The notes: generated by a model not told the origin, from the letters alone. A stretch of 50,000 nucleotides of DNA from Deltaproteobacteria bacterium (GCA_038123735.1 JAYPAP010000010.1:1-50000); one strand, 5' to 3'; shown: positions 17,075-26,585, numbered from the stretch's first letter. Translations and numbers: made by a program.

Positions 17075-17892
17075 TGCGTCGGCGCGGTGGACCAATCCGG
17101 CCAGCGATGAAACGCCTCTAGCATCCTCACGCCGTGCCAGGTTCCAAGTGATCCATCGACAAATCGGAAGGTCGACGTGGGCAGGCCGGTCGCTTCGCTG
17201 AGCTCGGATAGGTGTTTTGCCGCAAAGGGAAAAGGCTCGGACGAGAGGAAAATGAGGTCGGGTGACGCCTCACTGAGATCGGCGGCGGAGATCGTTGGAA
17301 AGCGGTCGGTGTGCGCGTCAAATACGTTTCGACCGCCGAACTCTGCCAGCATTTGCGTGGTGAATGTGTCCCCACCGCATGCCATCCATGGGCGACGCCA
17401 GATGAGCCATGCGTATGTGAACGTCGTCGACGGATTCACTGGGTTTCGGAGGGCATCTCGGGCAGCCTTGATCCGATGGACCCACTGGGCCGCAAGGTCC
17501 TCCGAATGGATGAGGGCGCCCACGGCGTGCAGGTCATGGATGGCATCATCGACGGTCTTGGGCAATGGACACCACAGGGGCGCGATCGGGGAGAGCGCAT
17601 CGAAGATTTCCTTGGTGTTTTCTTCGCAGTTCCCAAAAATCAGATCAGGTTGGAGCTCGCGAATGAGGTCGATATTCACCTGCTTTGTACCGCCCACTCT
17701 CTGGACGTTGGACAGCTGCTCTGCGGGATGCACACAATACCGGGTGATACCGACAAGTCGGTCGGCCAGCCCGAGGGCGCAGAGGGTCTCCGTGGTGCTC
17801 GGAACTAATGAAACGATGCGTTGTGGCCTACGATTCGGCTCCAGGGTCACCCCCCGAGCATCTGTCCAGCGCTGGCGGTTACCGCTAGTCAC
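17065..17892 (-). CDS. periplasmic-binding-protein fold (BtuF/TroA-like cobalamin- or metal-chelate-binding protein)
   Basis: PQRIVSLVPSTTETLCALGLADRLVGITRYC...PDLIFGN...PDLIFLSSEPFPF matches the family. The proposed GTG start at 17892 overlaps the upstream stop (GTGACTAG). The track start at 18057 would overlap the upstream gene by 170 nt. Confidence 0.8.
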   Translation of the reverse strand: MTSGNRQRWTDARGVTLEPNRRPQRIVSLVPSTTETLCALGLADRLVGITRYCVHPAEQLSNVQRVGGTKQVNIDLIRELQPDLIFGNCEENTKEIFDALSPIAPLWCPLPKTVDDAIHDLHAVGALIHSEDLAAQWVHRIKAARDALRNPVNPSTTFTYAWLIWRRPWMACGGDTFTTQMLAEFGGRNVFDAHTDRFPTISAADLSEASPDLIFLSSEPFPFAAKHLSELSEATGLPTSTFRFVDGSLGTWHGVRMLEAFHRWPDWSTAPTHHA

Positions 17893-19201
17893 ACGTGATG
17901 TTGTTCTCAGTGGCAACCGCTTGGATCTCAGCTTGGAGCGCTGGTTTCTGTGCATTGCGCTTCGCCTTGCACATGAAACGTTTGCCGTCTTCGGCGTTGC
18001 CTCGTTGGATTTCCGCAAATCCCAGACCGTACAGGGCGTCCACGCCGAGGGGGTCAACCTCTAGGGCCGCATTGAAGTATTTGGCGGCTTCGGCGGGCGA
18101 CGCGTAGACAATATCCCACCCTTTGTCGACGTTTCGTTGGTAGTTTCCGGCGGTGGGCTTGGCTTTAATTTTAGTTTTAGCGGGAGCCTTTGGGGGGACG
18201 GCTGTGGCTTCGGGGACGGCGTCCTCTTCAGTTTCTGGGTCCGGTGGGGTTTGGGACTCCAGGGGCGCCGCTGCTGGAGTGGTCTCAACAGGGGGAGCGG
18301 GCTGCGGATCCACTTCGGCAGGCGTGGATGGTGTCGTAGCTTCTGGAGGAGCTGGCGATGGGGCCTCGGCGGGCTCAGGCTCGGGTAAGGGCGGCTGTGT
18401 CGTGGAGGGACCATCGGGTTTTTGAAGCGTGCTGATGGTCACGATGGCGATGAGGATCGCGAAGGTAATCATGCCGATAAAGATGGCGGTAGCCGGCACG
18501 CTACGCTTGGGTTTGATGTCATGATTCGGGTCTAGTCCACCCTCGTACGTCGGCGGCACCGAATCTGGGGAGATGAGCTCGGTCTCAGCGGGCAGGTCGG
18601 TGTTCTCTGCTTCAGAACGAGGTGCGGGCTCTGACGGAGCCCCAAAGCGGATGGGCTCCGGCTTGGGTGCTTCTTCCGTGGGGATGTAGGAGTCGTTGAT
18701 GGATGGCAGGCCCGCCGTTTGAGTGGTGAGCGCGGTCGGCATATTTTCCGGCCCTAGCAACTCCTGCGTGGCGAGTTCCGGCCGGACCCCTTGGGCCGGT
18801 GCTGGTGCCACCCGAAATGCGCCGGAATCATCGACGATGGTCTCTGGGGAGTCATCCGGCAGATCGTCGGGGTCGGATGGTTCGCTCGCTGGTGCGGATG
18901 GTGCAGGCTCTTGGGCGGCTAATGGCGGAGCGAGGATGTCATGAGTGGGTTCGACCTGCGTGATGGGTGCATGGCCGATAATCGAATTAACATCTGTGAG
19001 ACTTGGCATGCCCCGATGCTGAGGACCTGAGGAAGAGGGCTCGGCACCTGCATCAGAGACCGGGGAGATACCTGCGAGACGACTCAAGGTGCCCTTGTCC
19101 ATTCGCGCTTGACCGCAGCGGATACAGATATCCACAGTGATGCCGTTCATTTTCCGGCGGGTCCAGGCACATCCGGGTGGGGTTGGACAAGGTGTGGTCA
19201 C
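17885..19201 (-). CDS. membrane protein: N-terminal zf-TFIIB-like zinc ribbon, Pro-rich regions, one TM, C-terminal TPR-like module
   Basis: The ribbon is CPTPPGC...ICIRCGQARMDKGTLSRL. The TM is TAIFIGMITFAILIAIVTI. Long P/A/E/T low-complexity stretches are present. The C-terminus is AAKYFNAALEVDPLGVDALYGLGFAEIQRGN. GTG start has a GAGGAG RBS. Confidence 0.7.
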   Translation of the reverse strand: MTTPCPTPPGCAWTRRKMNGITVDICIRCGQARMDKGTLSRLAGISPVSDAGAEPSSSGPQHRGMPSLTDVNSIIGHAPITQVEPTHDILAPPLAAQEPAPSAPASEPSDPDDLPDDSPETIVDDSGAFRVAPAPAQGVRPELATQELLGPENMPTALTTQTAGLPSINDSYIPTEEAPKPEPIRFGAPSEPAPRSEAENTDLPAETELISPDSVPPTYEGGLDPNHDIKPKRSVPATAIFIGMITFAILIAIVTISTLQKPDGPSTTQPPLPEPEPAEAPSPAPPEATTPSTPAEVDPQPAPPVETTPAAAPLESQTPPDPETEEDAVPEATAVPPKAPAKTKIKAKPTAGNYQRNVDKGWDIVYASPAEAAKYFNAALEVDPLGVDALYGLGFAEIQRGNAEDGKRFMCKAKRNAQKPALQAEIQAVATENNITCD

Positions 19202-19345
19202 TGCAGCTCCTCAAGTCTGCTACCCCCCTAGCACCGTGAACAATGACCGACGAGTATGCACTGACGTACCGAGTACGCGGAACCAAACGATTATTGACGT
19301 TCGGGAAGAAAGTGATGCGCTAAGGGGCTGTCCAGAGGGGACCGG

Positions 19346-20368
19346 ATGATGAGAAAGGGCATGATGTTCGTAGTCTTGATGGCTTTGCTGGCCTCCCCTG
19401 CAGTTGGAGATGATCGAGCAAAGACCGGCGTTCATACGGTACGTGGCGACGATGAAATCGTGGTGTATGGTGATTTGTTCGCCCGTTGGCAGAATACGAG
19501 GTGGTTCATTGCCACCGAAGTGATGCTCCCATTGCCAGCGTTCTGGAACGCGGACCGGAATTATGAGATGCGCAGCCAAGCCTTTCAGGTCCGTTCGGTG
19601 CTGGCGTGTGATAAAGAATGGAAGCTGTCCGGGCGAAAGTACCAGGTAAGCTGTAAAATTGAAGACATAGGTCTTCAGGCCGTGAGCACCGAGGGCCCTG
19701 AATACCCGCATGTCGGAACGATCCTCGCGGAGATGGATGCGAAGCTGACCGATGCACGAGTACAACTCCAAGTCCGCGATAATGGTCGGGTAACCAATAT
19801 TGATCTCGAAGATGTGCCGCCGCCGAGGAACCAGCGGGAGCGTCTGGTGCAGGAGAATTTGCGGCAGGTATTAAGTCGGTTGGTCGTGGGCTTTGACATG
19901 AAGCTGCGGAAGTCTAACTTCCTTTCCACCGGTCAATGGGTGGAGACCAAGTCCTCGTTGCTCTCACTCCCATCTTCTACGCTCACTCCAGCGAGTGGGC
20001 TCGTGGTTCACCAGTTAAATGGCTACAAAGGGCACATTGTCGTGCAGACCAAAGGAGAGGGACAGATCATGGAGATCGATTCCTCTTCGGGGGATGAGTA
20101 CTCCTACAGTGTCGACTTGAGCGGTGTGGCAATTTACGACGAAGAACAGGGCTTTATGACGGAGAGGGTCTGGTCGATGCGCGCCCAACGAACGGCCTCA
20201 TCGTTCCAAGAACAAGGCCTGACCCAAGGCCTCTACTCGCACTCCGGAATACTCCGTATGCTTGGAGATAAGGAGCGAGTGAACGTTGGTCCTACCAGGG
20301 AAGTCCGCACGAGCGATATCGTTCGCCAAGAAGGATTACCGGCTTGGGAACCGGTATTGCCGCTGTAG
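19346..20368 (+). CDS. hypothetical secreted protein
   Basis: Signal peptide MMRKGMMFVVLMALLASPAVG. No recognisable family. The coding frame is clean and the antisense ORFs are Arg-rich artefacts. Confidence 0.6.
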   Translation: MMRKGMMFVVLMALLASPAVGDDRAKTGVHTVRGDDEIVVYGDLFARWQNTRWFIATEVMLPLPAFWNADRNYEMRSQAFQVRSVLACDKEWKLSGRKYQVSCKIEDIGLQAVSTEGPEYPHVGTILAEMDAKLTDARVQLQVRDNGRVTNIDLEDVPPPRNQRERLVQENLRQVLSRLVVGFDMKLRKSNFLSTGQWVETKSSLLSLPSSTLTPASGLVVHQLNGYKGHIVVQTKGEGQIMEIDSSSGDEYSYSVDLSGVAIYDEEQGFMTERVWSMRAQRTASSFQEQGLTQGLYSHSGILRMLGDKERVNVGPTREVRTSDIVRQEGLPAWEPVLPL

Positions 20369-20372
20369 GAAG

Positions 20373-21470
20373 TTACGGACGGAGCGAACCGCAGTTTAAG
20401 GAGCCAGTGAGCCCGCCGAAAGTGGCGGCAACGGTGCTTCCGGGGGTCAATGCCCGCCAGGTTTTCTCGGCCACGGCACAGGAGTGCGACCCACCTTCCG
20501 GATCGGTAAGCTTAACGGTATACGACTCAGAACGCTGACCTTCGCGCGCACACCCGATACAGTTGCCCGTGCGTTTGAGGTTCGCCTCCGGCCACTTGGG
20601 CTGTAGGTCAACGCCGCTAGACTTCGCCGTCCGAGTGGTACTCCACCGGTCGATCTCGAATCGACACGACTGGTCCATGGTGGGTACTTCTTTAAAGAGT
20701 GTCTTACATTCTCTCTTTTCGGAGAACGTCCCGTCTCCGTTATCCTTTTTGCGGGTATTGCACTCTTCTCCGTCAGCAATTTTTTGGGTTCCTCGTTGCT
20801 TTTCAGAGCAGGAGATGATCCGTGCACCCCTCGGGGTCTCATCTTTCCAGGCGGTCTCGCGAACGGTGTCATAGCGCTCGATTTCGATGGATCGGCTCCA
20901 TTCATGGCTCGCGACTGTAACTTCGCCGTTGGTAGACCATAGGGTGTTCAAGCAGATGAAACCGATGATGCCAACGACTACCAAACCGATGAGAGCGATG
21001 AGTCCCAGGAAGATCGGCCCCGAGCCGCCTCCTTTCGCTGGCGTAGTCGATGGAGGCGATTGGCCTGAATTCTCGGCTATTCGAGCGGCTTCTCTCGCGC
21101 GACGCGCTGCTTCCACCTCGGCTCGAGCATCCTTGGACGTCTCGCCACCATCGGATTCGCCTTCTCCGACTACACGGTCTGCTCGCCGTTGCACGGCCTT
21201 TGCGTCGTCCAGGGGAGATCCGCAAGCTTGGCAAAAACCGCTCGAGGAACCGTTGGCCGTTCCGCACGCACCGCACACCTGGTCTGCACCGGTGAAGCGA
21301 TGGTCTTCCACCAAGACTTTTTGGTCATCAGAAGGGAAGTAACGGTTTTTGGCATCTTGAGGAGAGCCGCAACCCGGGCAGAACCGATGGTCCAGTCCCA
21401 GGAGTCCCGAGGTTCCGCAAGCGGGGCAGTCCCAGAGCATTTGATACGTATTACTTTCCTCTTCACTCAT
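20373..21470 (-). CDS. zinc-ribbon membrane protein (two double-CxxC ribbons, one TM, Cys-containing extracytoplasmic domain)
   Basis: The ribbons are CPACG...CPGCGSP and CGACG...CQACGSP. The TM is IFLGLIALIGLVVVGIIGFICL. ATG start at 21470. Confidence 0.7.
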   Translation of the reverse strand: MSEEESNTYQMLWDCPACGTSGLLGLDHRFCPGCGSPQDAKNRYFPSDDQKVLVEDHRFTGADQVCGACGTANGSSSGFCQACGSPLDDAKAVQRRADRVVGEGESDGGETSKDARAEVEAARRAREAARIAENSGQSPPSTTPAKGGGSGPIFLGLIALIGLVVVGIIGFICLNTLWSTNGEVTVASHEWSRSIEIERYDTVRETAWKDETPRGARIISCSEKQRGTQKIADGEECNTRKKDNGDGTFSEKRECKTLFKEVPTMDQSCRFEIDRWSTTRTAKSSGVDLQPKWPEANLKRTGNCIGCAREGQRSESYTVKLTDPEGGSHSCAVAEKTWRALTPGSTVAATFGGLTGSLNCGSLRP

Positions 21471-21479
21471 GATGGTACC

Positions 21480-21962
21480 TTATGTCTCCGACTCTGGGCT
21501 TCCCCAGATCGCCGTGTTGAACGTGACCCACTTGTGGCCCGCAAAATTGACTACGAGGATAATGGCACTGGAGAAAACAACGGACAACGCACTATTAATA
21601 GTGGGGCTAAAAGGCAGGCTATTATCTAGTAGCCCGACTATTCCCATGTTGAGAAGGAGCGATGCGCCTTGGACGACCCAGTACACCGCAAACTGGCCTC
21701 CAACCGCATGACGGGTTCGTTCCTCGAAGGTCAGCCATCGTTGGAGTCCGAAATTGACGAGGCTCCCCACTCCGTAGCCGACCCCCGCTGCGAGGATCAG
21801 CGACATCCAACCGCTGAGGGTAAGTGCTGCGGCAATTGCGTAATACAGTCCAGTGGTAAAGCATCCAATGGCGATAAAGACCAGGATTTGGCGACGCAGA
21901 GCTGGGGATGGTGAAGCCATGTGGCGGCGTAGCCCTCGGCGAACGAAGCGCCACTCGGTCAT
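21480..21962 (-). CDS. GtrA family membrane protein
   Basis: Four-TM small protein with FIAIGCFTTGLYYAI...NFGLQRWLTFE...NFAGHKWVTF, typical of GtrA-like proteins. Confidence 0.8.
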   Translation of the reverse strand: MTEWRFVRRGLRRHMASPSPALRRQILVFIAIGCFTTGLYYAIAAALTLSGWMSLILAAGVGYGVGSLVNFGLQRWLTFEERTRHAVGGQFAVYWVVQGASLLLNMGIVGLLDNSLPFSPTINSALSVVFSSAIILVVNFAGHKWVTFNTAIWGSPESET

Positions 21963-21990
21963 CCACGAAATACCCGAAACATGAAAGAAG

Positions 21991-22470
21991 ATGCCGGAGG
22001 GATTCGACTGGAGTAGGAGGCTCGGGGGAGGTTCAGTGTCAGCCCATATTTTGCCTTTACACGTATATTATGAAGATACCGACTTCACGGGGATGGTCTA
22101 TCACGCCAACTACCTGAAGTTTATGGAGCGTGCGCGCGAGCATGCGCTGGGCATCGATGAGTTGGTTCGGCGATGGAGAGAAAGCCAGGTGGGTTTTGTG
22201 GTTTACCAGGCTCAATTGACCTTCAAAGAGGCAGCGAAACACGGCGATGCGCTGGAGGTGCATACGCGATGGGCCAGGCAGAGCCGATATCGAATCGTGG
22301 CTGACCAGCGGGTGCGGCGGGCCGGGGAAGAGCGCGACATGGTCATCGGGCGAATCGAGTTGGTGCCGGTAGACGGAAATACGGGCAAACTCACCAACAT
22401 TCCCGAAGACATGCTGCCGATTCTGGAGCGATATCCCCTCGACCTCTCTGGACCTGGTGCGCGGAAATAA
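21991..22470 (+). CDS. acyl-CoA thioesterase, YbgC/FadM (4HBT hot-dog) family
   Basis: LHVYYEDTDFTGMVYHANYLKFMERAREHAL carries the catalytic Asp in the YEDTD context. Confidence 0.85.
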   Translation: MPEGFDWSRRLGGGSVSAHILPLHVYYEDTDFTGMVYHANYLKFMERAREHALGIDELVRRWRESQVGFVVYQAQLTFKEAAKHGDALEVHTRWARQSRYRIVADQRVRRAGEERDMVIGRIELVPVDGNTGKLTNIPEDMLPILERYPLDLSGPGARK

Positions 22471-22547
22471 TGGGGCATCCTGAGGCCGCTTGCCCTGCGA
22501 GCGCGTAAACTGGGTACAATGCACAGAGGCTGAGAAGGAGGCCAGGT

Positions 22548-25109
22548 TTGCTTGGGCAAAGGCATTCATTGGGAGCGATTTTGGGGCTGACGAGCGTGCT
22601 CGTCGGAGTCGCCGGGTGTTCGGACTACTTGAGTACGACAGGCCCAGAACACTGTGGGGCCGTGGATTCTGAGGTCTGGGCACGGGACATCAGCCCGCAC
22701 GATGTGACCTGTGATGTCACGGTGCTGGGTGACCTTACGATCGGAATGAATACGCGCGTCCGGTTTGCGCCCGGGACTGCACTGATCGTGCAGGGAACCC
22801 TGAACATTGAGGGCACGCCTGAGCGACCGGTTCGGCTGGAGGCTGCGGAGCCTGGGCAGGATTGGGTTGGGATTTGGGTGCGCCCGTCCACGGATGAGGG
22901 TGATTCATCGCGGCCAAATCCCGAAAGCCTCCCTTCCACACCGTCGAATGGAAACGTGGTTATCGAGCATGCCATCATCTCGGGGGCGGGGGCTCGTCCA
23001 GAGGGGGATGTCCCGTTTGAGCCTGGCGCGGTGATCGTCGACCGAGGGCCCGTTGAGTTTCGGTATTCGGAAGTGGAGAGCTCGGCGGGGTGTGGCGTGA
23101 CCGTTGGCCCGATGGGGCGCATGGCCTCGGGTTCGGTGGGACTGACGATCACGCAATCGAATGAAGGTGCAATTTGCACACATCCGATGGGTGTTTCTAG
23201 CCTGCCAGGAAGCGAGATCAGTCTTCCGGAGGGTGGATTTATCGATGTCGCTCCTGGGGTATTCTTCGGTATTCATCGATGGGATGTGGCTGCATTGCCG
23301 CTCCGGTTGAATGGCGAAGTCGTCATGTCGGACGGGCAATGGGATGTGGCCCCCGGCACGGTCATGGAGATGGGCCCGTCGGCTAGGCTCACCCTTGGGG
23401 GGCGGCCCCGCTCGGTGAGCTACGGGCAAAAATTAGCGACGGCTACAACAGGGCCCATTTTGCTGGAAGGTGGCCTTAACGTTGGATTGCGTGGCAGTGC
23501 GGATGCACCGATAGTCCTCCGGAGCAGCGCAGAAGACCAGGCGTGGGATCGCATTCATGTGCAGCGCGAAGCCGGAACCGCTGGAGATGTGCGGGTCGTG
23601 ATGGAGCACGTAGAGCTCGATGGCGGTGGTGCCGGGGTGGACTCTGAACCCGCGATGGTGCAGGTAGAGGGTGATGTTTCGGTAGAGATGCGCAACGTCA
23701 CACTTCGCGGGGCGAGCGGTGCTGGTTTATTGCTCGATGCCGCAGGACTCGAAGAAGGCAGTACTAATCTCGCCTTTGAGGGGAACGCTTATCCGGTGGT
23801 TGCCCACCCAGATGCACTCCTCACCTTGCCCACGGAGGGTTCCTCATACACGGCAAGTGGCGGCGCTGTCTCCGCGGGTGACCGTGCGGTGGGTGATCGG
23901 ATCTATGTCCTGGATTCCGGGATGAGTGCCACCGGAGTTTTACCCAATTTAGAGGTGCCCTATCGTCTCGACAGAGCGTTGGATGTGGCCGGTGGAAGTT
24001 CGGCGGAGCTTCGTATTGCTGATGGGGTTGTCATTGAGGTGCCGCCAGCAGGCGAAATTCGATTTGCGGTCAATGGAGCGCTCGGACTTACGATTGGAGA
24101 TTCTGATGGCAACGGGGTGATATTCCGCGGCATCGATGGCCAAGGTCGATGGGACTCCGTGGTCTTTGGGCCGGGGATCTCCGAGGGAGGCGTATACGGG
24201 TTGACCGTGCAGGACGCGGGCAGGAAGTCTGCAGGGGCCGCCGTGGAGTTCAATGCGGCTGACCTCCTCGTTCAAGGGCTGCTGATCGACGGTACTGGCG
24301 GTACAGAGTCAAATCCCACGGCGGGACTGAGCTTATCCGGCACCATGGCGGAGAGCAGTAGTGGGCTCGTCGTCCGGGGGGCGATAGGCCCTGCAGTGCG
24401 CGCATCAACAGATGCTGTAAGTGGCCTTATGACTACGGGTATCGACCTTTCAGATAATGGCGACTACAGCTATGTCCAGCTGGACGGAATTCGGGCGCGC
24501 TCGGGCGGCCTATGGAGGAATCCAGGTGTGCCCTATAGAATATCGAAGACTCTGGTGATCTCTGGTGATGAGGAGGGCGATGGTACCGGAGTGCCTGCCA
24601 GGGTGCGCCTGGAGGCGGGTACCTCGGTTCTGTTTGCAGCGAGTGCCGCTTTAGAGACGGATCGCTTCCACTCGGCCACGGGGGACGTGGTGTATGGGAG
24701 CCTTATCAGCGAAGGAACGGAGTCTGCGCCGGTGAAGCTTCTCCCGCTCTCTCCCGAGGTCGGGTGGCTGGGTCTACGCATACACGATGATATTGGTGCA
24801 GCGGAGTCCGAACGCAGCGCATTGAGCCATCTTGAAATTCACGGTGGGGGTGCTGGCGGAGCGGAAGGAAGCCTTGAGATCCTGGATGCGATGCCTACGC
24901 TCTCTGATGTCCAGTTGATCGATGGGAGAAAGTACGGCCTGGTGCTGCGCGGAGACGCATTCGTGCCAGCGCGTAAGCCTCTGCCTGAGCTCTCATGCGA
25001 TCGTTTTGATGGGTCGGGGCTGAGCTATGAAAATAACGGTATTGACCTTATCGATATTGATGATGCGAGCATCGATGACCAGCGGACTGGTCTAGAACTG
25101 TGCCCATAG
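22548..25109 (+). CDS. large lipoprotein with repeated beta-helix-like modules (hypothetical)
   Basis: TTG start has a strong AAGGAGG RBS, and the lipobox is LVGVAGC. A recurring module end ..G(T)xxxP(V/I)xL....W.G(I/L).. occurs at least 4 times: EGTPERPVRLEAAEPGQDWVGIWV, GSADAPIVLRSSAEDQAWDRIHV, SDGNGVIFRGIDGQGRWDSVVF, EGTESAPVKLLPLSPEVGWLGLRI. Confidence 0.7.
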   Translation: MLGQRHSLGAILGLTSVLVGVAGCSDYLSTTGPEHCGAVDSEVWARDISPHDVTCDVTVLGDLTIGMNTRVRFAPGTALIVQGTLNIEGTPERPVRLEAAEPGQDWVGIWVRPSTDEGDSSRPNPESLPSTPSNGNVVIEHAIISGAGARPEGDVPFEPGAVIVDRGPVEFRYSEVESSAGCGVTVGPMGRMASGSVGLTITQSNEGAICTHPMGVSSLPGSEISLPEGGFIDVAPGVFFGIHRWDVAALPLRLNGEVVMSDGQWDVAPGTVMEMGPSARLTLGGRPRSVSYGQKLATATTGPILLEGGLNVGLRGSADAPIVLRSSAEDQAWDRIHVQREAGTAGDVRVVMEHVELDGGGAGVDSEPAMVQVEGDVSVEMRNVTLRGASGAGLLLDAAGLEEGSTNLAFEGNAYPVVAHPDALLTLPTEGSSYTASGGAVSAGDRAVGDRIYVLDSGMSATGVLPNLEVPYRLDRALDVAGGSSAELRIADGVVIEVPPAGEIRFAVNGALGLTIGDSDGNGVIFRGIDGQGRWDSVVFGPGISEGGVYGLTVQDAGRKSAGAAVEFNAADLLVQGLLIDGTGGTESNPTAGLSLSGTMAESSSGLVVRGAIGPAVRASTDAVSGLMTTGIDLSDNGDYSYVQLDGIRARSGGLWRNPGVPYRISKTLVISGDEEGDGTGVPARVRLEAGTSVLFAASAALETDRFHSATGDVVYGSLISEGTESAPVKLLPLSPEVGWLGLRIHDDIGAAESERSALSHLEIHGGGAGGAEGSLEILDAMPTLSDVQLIDGRKYGLVLRGDAFVPARKPLPELSCDRFDGSGLSYENNGIDLIDIDDASIDDQRTGLELCP

Positions 25110-25124
25110 GGTGATTTGGCCTCT

Positions 25125-25142
25125 GGGCATGCTTGAATGCCC
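25125..25142 (+). terminator. weak hairpin after the large lipoprotein gene
   Basis: GGGCAT-GCTTGA-ATGCCC lies 16 nt after the stop at 25109. No T-run follows, so terminator function is doubtful. Confidence 0.2.
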
Positions 25143-25177
25143 GCGGCAGGTCGTGTAGCGTCATCCGGGGGCAGTAA

Positions 25178-25492
25178 ATGGCTGATGAAGATTATGCATA
25201 TGGATCGGGGAACGGAGGCCGCAGTTGTGCAGGGGTCTCCTGTGTTTCGATAATCCTCGGGGTTGCCGTTCTACTGGTCACGTTCGGGCTGCCGCTGCTG
25301 ACCAACGGGCAGGCCAGCCTCGGCGCGTTTACGAACTACGTCGGTGGTTGTGGCGGCATGTGCATGTGTTTGGGCAGCATTGGCGTCTTGGTCGCAGTAT
25401 TTCTGATATTCACTGATGATCCAGAGAAGAATGCCCAGAAAGAAAAAGAGCGCAAGCTGAAGGCCGCCCGGGCCCGGCGAGCGCAAAAGTAG
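25178..25492 (+). CDS. small 2-TM membrane protein with Lys/Arg-rich tail (hypothetical)
   Basis: Two hydrophobic spans are present (VSCVSIILGVAVLLVTFGL and MCMCLGSIGVLVAVFLIF), followed by EKNAQKEKERKLKAARARRAQK. Confidence 0.5.
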   Translation: MADEDYAYGSGNGGRSCAGVSCVSIILGVAVLLVTFGLPLLTNGQASLGAFTNYVGGCGGMCMCLGSIGVLVAVFLIFTDDPEKNAQKEKERKLKAARARRAQK

Positions 25493-25553
25493 CGGAATCA
25501 CATCGCGTTGACCGCGGCGGGTCCGCACACCCACTAGGCTGAGAGCGGAGGGA

Positions 25554-26585
25554 ATGGAAATGCGGTGGTTCGTAATGGCGATGATGGCCGGAACGCTTGG
25601 CTGTAAGGGTGGTGAGGTGGATACGGATGGAGGATCGCCACCGCCGGATACCGACGATATTCCGGATACATTTTTAGGCCGCACGGAAAAGCCGAGCGAT
25701 GTGGAGCGCGAAGGCGAGTCACTGACGGCTGGACTGATACGGGTCACCGTCGGTCCGGATGATGCTTGGGAGTTAGGCGGGTACCTGGGCGGAGCACCCA
25801 TCACCGGGACGGGTAACTTCGGAATCGAGCTCCCGGAGAAGGGCGAAGAGCTCGATCTTGGGAATGGCCGGACTGGGGCGCTCTATCTGCCGGTCGTGTA
25901 CGATGATATTGACCGGGACAAGACCTTTATCGACAATGAAGATGACCTCGTGTTGGGCTTTTCGAGCACTCGATGGTTGGTCTATCTCTCTGCCGGCGGT
26001 GCGGGAGATCCGCTCGGATGGTCCGTCGTAGACGCGTCGCAATCCACGTGGGTATTCTACAAATTGACTGAACAATCTGTAGTCCGGCTCTACGGGTTGA
26101 GTGCCGTCGCGAGGTTGCAGGGGATCTACGAAGGCGATGCTACGGGCTATGGGGTGGTTGCGCTCGATGAACGATACCCCGGTGCGGATGGCTCCGATTG
26201 GGCCGCGGTCGATGTGGCGGTCGATGCGATGAATGGGCAGTTTGACCAGACGATCGACAGTCGGCCTCCGGTGGATGCATTCCAGTTTCCGCCGAATGGT
26301 GTTCGGTACGTGCGGGCACAGGTGCAGTTCTTTAATGATGTAGATGGAAATGGGCGATTTAGCTCGGATACTGATACGCTCGCCGATGCTGGTTTGTGCT
26401 TTGACGGCAAGCCCCTCATCCTGCGGTTCAGTGACACGCCCCGGAGTATCGGCATCGCACGGTCCATCGCCGAACTCGGATGGACGACGGGATGGCGATT
26501 CGTCACCGGCCCCTATGGTGCATCTACGGAAGTGAGTCGCGCCGACCTAAAATGGACCCGCTTTAAAGACGATTGTCCGATTTAG
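25554..26585 (+). CDS. hypothetical (lipo)protein
   Basis: The N-terminus MEMRWFVMAMMAGTLGCKGG is a possible lipobox. ATG 25560 has better spacing to GGAGGG than ATG 25554. No recognisable family. Confidence 0.6.
   Translation: MEMRWFVMAMMAGTLGCKGGEVDTDGGSPPPDTDDIPDTFLGRTEKPSDVEREGESLTAGLIRVTVGPDDAWELGGYLGGAPITGTGNFGIELPEKGEELDLGNGRTGALYLPVVYDDIDRDKTFIDNEDDLVLGFSSTRWLVYLSAGGAGDPLGWSVVDASQSTWVFYKLTEQSVVRLYGLSAVARLQGIYEGDATGYGVVALDERYPGADGSDWAAVDVAVDAMNGQFDQTIDSRPPVDAFQFPPNGVRYVRAQVQFFNDVDGNGRFSSDTDTLADAGLCFDGKPLILRFSDTPRSIGIARSIAELGWTTGWRFVTGPYGASTEVSRADLKWTRFKDDCPI

Noticed and set aside
17177-18064. 295-aa plus-strand ORF, plus 17311-17808(+)
   Set aside because: They are antisense to the BtuF-like gene. 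The composition is Arg/Ser-rich and low-complexity, a typical GC-rich antisense artefact.
19202-19345. Cobalamin riboswitch upstream of the operon containing the BtuF-like gene
   Set aside because: There is no B12-box-like sequence or extended conserved helices in the 144-bp leader. The binding-protein assignment to cobalamin is itself uncertain.
22057-22683. 208-aa minus-strand ORF
   Set aside because: It is antisense to the YbgC thioesterase and to the RBS/start of the large lipoprotein gene. No motifs.
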